Source: the human T2T-CHM13v2.0 reference genome, Homo sapiens
Assembly (NCBI RefSeq): GCF_009914755.1
Contig: NC_060947.1
DNA: 64,000 nt
Direction: 5' to 3' (one strand)
The notes below the pieces were generated by a model. The model did no database searches and had not been told where the DNA came from. It saw only the letters and a list, made by a program, of their open reading frames with translations. The position numbers and the translations under genes are program-made. This document shows, piece by piece, positions 56,063-64,000 of this stretch (position 1 is its first letter; every line of letters starts with the position of its first letter).

Positions 56063-59000
56063 GGAGGGAGAGAGGTGGCTCAGGATTACAAAAGAGAAGG
56101 CTTCGTTGATCATCCTCCTGGCAAGGAAACCAATTTAACAACTATCTACACAAGAGAAGCACCTTCATAATAACCCAAAATCAGGTGAGCACTCACAGTA
56201 CCTGCTTTTTATTTCATATCACTGAAAGAAGCACTGAAGATGTAGAAAAAACAGCCTTGGATTGCTGATGCCACCCCTCCCCCATACATCAGCAGTGGCT
56301 GCATGGTGCGGAGTGTTTCTGTGCACAGCAGAGAGAGGACTGACTTAGTGCTGACCTGTTATAGCAGAAAACAAAACCATACCAATTCAGCTGCCACCCG
56401 CCCAGGAAGGGAGCATTTAAATCAGTTTTAGTAAGAGGGGAATCACCAATCCCAGTGGTCCAAACTTGAGTTTCCACGAGCCTTGCCATTGTGGGCTAAA
56501 GTGCTCTGGGATCATAAATATACTTGAATAGAGACTGCCACAAGGACTACAAGTCCGAGTGCTGAACTGGGCCCAGAGACAGTGGGCTGGGTTAGGTGGG
56601 CTAAATCTACTGATACACCAGCAGGAGCAGCTAAGGGAGTGCTGGTACCAGCCTTCCCCCAAGCCCAGGCTGCACAGCTCATGGCTCCAACAGTGACCCC
56701 TTCTCTCCACTTAAGGAGAAGAGTGGGAATAGTAGGGAAGATTTTGTCTTGTACCTTAGACACCAGCTCAACTACAGCAGGTTAGAGCATCAGTCATTTT
56801 AGACCCTACTTCCTGGACATTTCCAGATCCTACTTCCTGGTATTTCTAGACACACCCTGGGCCAGAAGGGAACCTACTTTCTTGAAGGGAAAGACCCAGT
56901 TCTGGGAAGGATTATCATCTGTTAACCAAAGAGCACTTGGGCCCTGAATAATCAGAGGAAATTCCCAAGTACTATGTCAAGGGCTTTGGGTGAAACTCTA
57001 ACACTTGCTGGCTTCAGGTGAGACTCAGCACATTCCCAGCTGGGATGGCTATGGGATGAGACTCCGTAAACTTGAGAAAAGCAGAGAAAAAAGTCTTGCA
57101 CCTAACGTACCAACATGGCCACAGTGGGGTATAGCACCAAGCAGACACCTGGGGTCCCAAATTTCAGGCCTTTACTCTTAGACTTCATTTCTGGAGTTGT
57201 CTGGGGCCAGAGGGCAGCCCACTATGCTGAAGGATAAGTCACAGGACAGGTTTTTGGCTCTAGTCTCTGACTCCTGAACAGCACCTAAGGACCCACCTGG
57301 CACTGAGGAGAACTCACCTCCCTGAAGGGAAGGACAAAGACCAGACTGGCTTTGTTGCCTGCTGATTGTAGAGTCCCAAGGCCTTGAGCAAACATAGACT
57401 GAAGCCAAGAAGCGATTACCATAGGCCTTGAGTGAGACTCTGTGCTGTGCTGGCTTCAGATCTAACCCAGTACAGTTCTAGTGGTGATGGCCGCCAGGGT
57501 CCTCTTGTCACAACACCCTTAGCTCCAGGTGTCTCAGACCGGAGAAAGAGACTGCGTTCATTTGAGAGAAAGTAAGAGAAGGGAACAACAGTTTCTGCCT
57601 GGTAAACCAGAGAATTCTTTTGGATCTTGCTCAAGACCATCAAGGTAGTACATCTACTAGTCTGCAAGAACCACAGTGTTACTGGGCTTGGCATATAGAC
57701 TTAGGCAGATTCAGCTTAGATCACAACACTCAAGTTTTTTCTAATATCTGGAAAGCCTTCCACAGAAGAATGGGTACAAATAAGCCCAGATAGTGAAGAC
57801 TAAAATTAATACTTACTCAAAAGGATAATAATAGAGAACTTTCCAAACCTAGAAAAATATATGAATATCCCAGTACAAGAAAGTTGTGGAATACCACGCA
57901 GATTTTTCCTAAAGACTACTCAAGGCATGTAATAATCAAACTTCCGAAGGTCAAAAATAACAAAAGAATCTTAAAAGCAACAACAGAAAAGAAACAAATA
58001 ACATACAATGGAGCTCCAATACATCTGGCAGCAGACTTTTCAGTGGAAATCTTACAGGCCAAAAGAGAGTGGTCAGACATATTTACAGTGTTGAAGAAAA
58101 ACTTTTAGCCTTGAATAGTATATCTGGCAAAACTATGCTTCAGATATGAATGACAAGTAAAGATGTTCATGAACAAACAAAAGCTGAGAGATTTCATTAA
58201 TAACAGAATTGTCCTACAAGAAATGCTAAAGAAAGTACTTCAGTCAGAAAGAAAAGAATGTTCACAAGCAATAAGAAATCATCTGAAGGTAAAAAACTCA
58301 CTGGTAATAGTAAGTACACAAAAACATCACATAATATTATAATAATATAACTGTGGTGTGTAAACTACACTTAAGTAGAAAGACTTAATGCTGAACCAAT
58401 GAAAAATAATAACTATAACAACATTTCAAGACAGACACAGTACAATAAAATATAAATAGAAACAACAAAATGTTAAAAACCAGAGGGATGAAGTTAGTCT
58501 TTTTTGGTTTTGTTTTTGCATGTTTTTCTTTGTTTGTTTATGCAGTGTTACCTTGTTATCATTGAAAACAATTGGTTATAAGCCAAATGTTAACCTCAAA
58601 CAAAAATATATAGAATGGATATACAACAAATAAAAAGCAAGAAACTAACTTATATCACCAAAGGAAATCACCTTTATTAAAAGGAAAACAGGAAGAAAAT
58701 AAGGAAGAGAAGATCACAAAGTAACAAGAAAACAAATAACAAAATGGCAGGAGTAGATTCTTACTTATCTATAATAGCATTAAATGTAAATGGACTAAAG
58801 TCTTCAATCAAAAGAAATAGAGTGGCTAAACTGATTTAAAATATACCCATTTAGTTGTTGCCTACAAGAAACACACTGCACCTATCAACACACACATAGA
58901 CTAAACAAACAAACAAACAAAAAAAAAAATTGAAAAAGATATTCCATGTCAATGGAAACCAAAGAGGAGCAGGGTTAGCTATGCTTGTATCAGACAAAAT

Positions 59001-59777
59001 AGATTTCAAGACAAAAATTGTAAGAAGAGACAAAGAAGGAAACTATGAAATGATAAAAGGGTCAATTCAGCAAGAAGATATGGCAACTTAAAAAATACAG
59101 GTACCCAACACTGGAGCACACAGATATATAAGTCAAATATTTTCAACAATAATAGTGGGAGATTTCAACACGCTACTTTCAGCATTGGATACATCTTTCA
59201 TACAGAAAATCAACAAACAATCACCAAATTTAGTCTGCAGTGTAGACCAAATTGACCTAATAGATATTTACAGAACATTATATGCAATGACAAAAGAAAA
59301 CACACTTTTCCTCAGCATGTGGCTCACTCTCAAGGACATACCATACGTTAGATCAGAAAACAAGTCTTAAAACATTCAAAAAATTGGAATAATATCAAGC
59401 ATATTCTCTGACCACAATGCAATAAAACTAGAAATAAATAAGGGAACTTTGGAAACTATAAAAATAGATAAAAATGAAACAATATACTCCTGAATGAACA
59501 GTGAGCAAAGGAAGAAATTAAGAAGGAAATTGAAAAACGTCTTGAAACAAATGATAATAGAACACAGCATACCAAAAACCTATGGGATACAGCAAAAGCA
59601 GAACTAAGAGGGAAATGTATAGCTATAAGTGCCCACATAAAAAATAAAAATAAAAACGTCAGTAAAAAACGCATTATTTTAATAATGCATATTAAAAACT
59701 AGAAAAGCAAGAGCAATCTGAATCCAAAATTAGTAGAAGAAAAAATAATAATGATCAAAGAAGAAAAAATGAAATTG

Positions 59778-59985
59778 ATACATTTTAAAATAACCCAAAG
59801 ACTACAATTGTATTGTTTGTTACTCAATGGATAAATGTTTGATGAGATGGCTACCCCATTCTTAATTGTGTGTTTATTTCACATTGCATGCATATATCAA
59901 AACATCTCATGTACCACATTAATATATACATCTATGTAGCCAAAAAATTAAAAATTAAAAGAATTTAAAATAAATAAAAATAAAT
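59778..59985 (+). mobile_element. ~200-bp L1MA 3'-end insert inside ORF2 of the host L1
   Basis: 'ttcacattgcatgcatatatcaaaacatctcatgtacc' plus A-rich tail. Flanks aaatgaaattg / aaataaaattg. Confidence 0.8.
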
Positions 59986-60719
59986 AAAATTGCAATGAAA
60001 AATATAATACAAAGGATCAATGAAATAAAAATTGTGGAGTTTTTTGGAAAGTTAAACAAAATTGACAAACACTTAGCCATAGTAACTAAAAAAAGAGAGG
60101 AGATCCAAATAAATAAAATCAGATATGTAAAAGGAGACATTACAACAGATACTCTAAAATTCAAAGGATTATTAGTGGCTGCTATCAGCAACTATATGCA
60201 ATAAATTGGAAAATCTAGAAAAAATATACAAAATGGTAGACACATACAACCTACCAAGATTGAACCAGGTAGGAATCCAAAACCTAAACAGAAAAGTAAC
60301 AAGTTACTAGATTGAGGCTATAATAAAAAGCCTCCCAGCAAGGTAAAGTCCTCAACCTGAGGGATTCACTTCTGAATTCCACCAACATTTTAGAGCTAAT
60401 ACCAATTCTATTCAAACTATTCTTAAAAGTAGAGAAGGGAATATTTCTAAACTCTTTCCATAAGGCCAATATTACACTGATCCCAAAACCAGATTAAAAA
60501 AAGGTCAAAGAAAGAAAATAAAAAGCCGATATCTCTGATGATATGGATGCAAAAATTTCCAATAACATATTGTTAAACAAAATTAAACAATACATTGAAA
60601 AGATGTCATCTATCATGACCAAGTAGGATTTATTCCTGGGATGCAAGGATGATTCAACATATGCAAGTCAATCAATGTGATATCTCATATCAACAGAATG
60701 AAGAACAAAAAATATATGA

Positions 60720-60840
60720 TTTTTTTAAATGTTATTTTAATTTCTATTATTTGTAGAGACAGGGTCTCCTTATGTTGCCCAGGCTGGTCTCAAACCCCTG
60801 GGCTCATGCAATCCTGATGCCTCAGCCTCTCAAAGTGCTG
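60720..60840 (-). mobile_element. FLAM/AluJ left-monomer fragment
   Basis: 'gtagagacagggtctccttatgttgcccaggctggtctcaaacccctgggctc'. Confidence 0.85.
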
Positions 60841-62249
60841 ATCATTTCAACAGATAATGAAAAATGATTTGATAATATTCAAAATCACTTCATGATAAAA
60901 ATCCCAAAAGCATCAGGAAAAGAAGAAATACATTTCAACAAAATAAGGGCCATATGTGACAGTGCCACAGCTAGTATACTGAATGGGAAACAGCTGATAT
61001 TTTCCTCTAAGATGTAGAACGTGACAAGGATGTTTGTTGTCATCAATGTTATTCAACATAGTGGTAGAAATCCTAGCTAAAGCAATAAGATGGAAATAAA
61101 TAAAATACATATAAATTTTAAAGGAAAAAGTTAAATTATCCTTGTTTGCAGATGATATGTCCTTATATTAGGAAAATCCTAAAGACTCCACAAAACAAAA
61201 AACAATTATTAGAACTAGTAAACACATTCACTGAAGTTGAGGAATAAAAAACACAAAAATCAGTAGCATTTCTATATGTAAACAGTGAACAATCTGAAAA
61301 AGAAATTATAAAAGTAATCACATTTACCATAACCAAACATCAAATTAAATACCTAGGAATTAACCAAAGAAGTGAAAGATATCTATAATAAAAACTATAC
61401 AACACTGATGAACAAAATGAAAAGGAAACTAAATAATGCAAAGATATTCCATGTTCATGGTTTGGTAGAAAAATTGTTAACATGTCTATATTGACCAAAG
61501 CAACCTACAGATTCAGTGCAATCCCTATCAAAATACCAATGATATTCTTCATAGACATAGCAACTACAAAGCTATAGTAAACAAAACAGCATGCTACTAG
61601 CATAGAAACTGACATGTAGACCAATGGAACAGAGTAGAGAATCCAGAAACAAATCCACACACCTACAGTGAACTCATTTTCAACAATAGTGCCAAGAACA
61701 TAAACTGGAGAAAAGACACCCTCATCGATAAATGATGCTGGGGAATCTGGATATGCATATGCAAAAAAATGAAACTAGAACTCTATCTCTCACCATGTAC
61801 AAAAATCAAACCAAAGGGATTAAAGACTTAAATCTAAAACCTCAAACCGTGAAACTACTACAAGAGAACATTGGGGAAAATCTCCAAGACATTGGTCTGG
61901 GCAAACATTTTTTGAGCGACACCAAACAAACACGGTCAACCAAAGCAAAAATTGACAAATGTAATGACATCAAGTAAAAAAGCTACTGCACGGTAAATGA
62001 AAAAAAATCAACAAAGTGAAGAAACAACCCACAGAATGGTAGAAAATATTTGCAAACTACCCATCTGACAAGGGACTAATAACCAGAATATGCAAGGTAC
62101 TAAAATAACTCAATAGCCAAAATATACGCAGTCTGATTAAAATGGTCAAAATACATAATTTTAACATTTATAACATCAGGAGACCAGCATGGCCAATAGA
62201 GTAAGATCCTGTCTCAGAATTTAAAAAGAAAAAAAAAAGGAGGAAAGAA

Positions 62250-62832
62250 AAACAATTGTCTATACTACCTCAAGCAATCTTTTGATTCAAAACAATTCCT
62301 ATCAAAATCCCAATGGCATTATTCAAAGGAATACTAAAAATAATCCTAAAATTAATATGGAATCACAAACACCCTGAATAACCAAAGCAATCTTGAGAAA
62401 AAGAAAAAAAAAAAGCTTGAGGCATCACACTTCCTGAGTTCAAATTGTATTGCAAAGCTATAATAATTGAAACAACGTGATACTGGCATAAAAACAGACA
62501 CATAGACCAGTGGAACAGAAGAGACACTCCAGAAATAAACCCATGCATACACTATCAACTAATCTTTGACAAATGTACCAAGAATACATAAATGGGAAAG
62601 AATAGTCTTTTCAATAAATGGTGCTGGGAAAACTAATAATTTCCATGCAAAAGAGTAAAATTGGACCTGTATCTTACATCATACAAAAAAATCAACTAAA
62701 AATTGAATAAAAACTTAAATGTCAGACATGAAACCATAAAACTATTTGAAGAAAACATAAAGAGCTGCTTGAAATTGGTCTTGGCAAAAATTTTTTGGAT
62801 ATGATGCCAAAAGCACAGGCAACAAAAACAAT
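62250..62832 (+). mobile_element. L1M ORF2 fragment, upstream in L1 coordinates of where the preceding L1 ended
   Basis: 'attcctatcaaaatcccaatggcatt...ggatatgatgccaaaagcacaggcaacaaaaac'. Preceded by a short Alu 3' scrap at ~62175-62240. Confidence 0.8.
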
Positions 62833-62871
62833 TTTTTAAACATTATTTTGTAGTATTCCTTTTCTTTTCCT

Positions 62872-63220
62872 TTGTTTTTTCTTGTTTTTATTTATGTATG
62901 TATGTGTGTATGTATGTATGTATGTATTTGTTTATTTTTTAAACAGAGTCTGTCTCTGTCACCCAGGCTGGAGTGCAGCGGTGCGATCTCCACTAACTGC
63001 AACCTCTGCCTCCCAGGTTCAAGCGATTCTTCTGCTTTGGCCTCCCAAATAGCTGGGATTACAGCCACCTGCCATCAGGCCGGGCTAATTTTTGTATTTT
63101 TAGTAGAGGCAGGGTTTCACCATGTTGGCCAGGCTGGTCTTGAACTCCTGACCTCAGGTGATCTGCCTGCCTTGGCCTCCGAAAGTGTTGGGATTACAGG
63201 CATGAGCCACCGTGCCCAGC
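62872..63220 (-). mobile_element. AluSx-like with a (TATG)n-converted tail
   Basis: Reverse Alu 62940-63220, tail microsatellite 62895-62928. Confidence 0.94.
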
Positions 63221-64000
63221 TCTATTTTCTAGTTGTCTTATTGTTTTTCTTAACCATTCAACTTTCTATTATTTCAGTATTAAATTACTTTAGAAATGCT
63301 CATGGTTTTCCAGGCAAATTTTAAATATTATTTCTCCTACTTTGAAATTTGAAGAAAAATATATTTTGCATCTGGCTTTATCCTACTTAAAATCTCAACT
63401 TAAAAAGAAGCAAAAAAATGTGATTAAATATTCTATTACTAGATTGAAAATGTTAATTAGATAATGTACTATTATTACATCTATACCTGTTTGCAAAGAT
63501 CGATAAAAACAAATTTGTACCTGGAAAATAGGATGGAACCCTCTTAATTAACTAAACTGATAAGTTCTGGGGCTATGGACCCAATGTAACTTCTGTGACT
63601 TTCAGAAAAGTAAATTTTGAAGAATCATATTAATAAAAAAATTTTTTTTAAAAAAACCTAGAAACCAGTTTCAAAAAAAGTTATACTTTTGTCTTCTGAA
63701 TTAGAATTTTAAAACAGATATAACAAAATCTTTTTTCCCATAGCTGGGATGAATTAATCTATAAGGAAAGCCAGAATGTAATTAGACTATGATGACTGAC
63801 AGTTAAACATACTTAAAGTTAACTTTTATCCCAGTAGTATGTATTTTTTTATCTTCTTTCCTTATATTTGACTCTGCATGTCAAAATATAATATTTTTAT
63901 AAAGACAGATTTTAACAGAAAAATTATACAGGACTATATATTGTACTAATCTTAGCCATCACTTGTACTTGCACAGGAAATACCTTGATAAGTATGAAAA

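Larger units (their letters stand above)
56063..62152 (+). mobile_element. L1M1/L1MA1-3-like long element: 5'UTR, partly deleted ORF1, ORF2 relic; 3' end missing
   Basis: 5' end 'caatttaacaactatctacaca...aaaatcaggtgagcactcacagtacctg'. ORF1 remnant 57884-58108 (ITYNGAPIHLAADFSVE). EN remnant GDFNTLLS. Confidence 0.85.

Noticed and set aside
62872-63324. 150-aa ORF and similar ORFs at 1265, 17241, 24974, 30015, 38634 and 51767
   Set aside because: These are antisense Alu translations ([12 protein letters not shown] pattern), a well-known artefact.

Overview
AT-rich, gene-poor primate DNA, very probably human, built mostly of interspersed repeats: L1 of many ages, about a dozen Alus, MaLR and ERV LTRs, MIR, L2, CR1/L3 and MER30. 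No intact protein-coding gene is visible. The only gene-derived sequence is a full-length processed pseudogene of the deubiquitinase USP12 (17536-~21977, + strand). It has a GC-rich 5'UTR, an intronless CDS with 4 stops and 1 frameshift, and a ~3.1 kb 3'UTR. From recall, USP12 retrocopies are annotated in the Xq21/Yp11 X-transposed region; I cannot confirm that location here. The best observation is that a full-length Alu and the USP12 cDNA are fused and share ONE target-site duplication, which points to a template-switch chimera. The chimera sits inside a 5'-inverted L1 whose tail holds a second 5'-inverted L1. Other notable structure includes a snap-back hairpin at a THE1/L1 breakpoint, two independent LTR19 solo LTRs 5 kb apart, a 141-bp tandem duplication across an LTR junction, and several multi-level nests. 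I found no convincing new biological system beyond these retrotransposition and repair signatures. Repeat subfamily names come from recalled consensus sequences, not from a RepeatMasker run.
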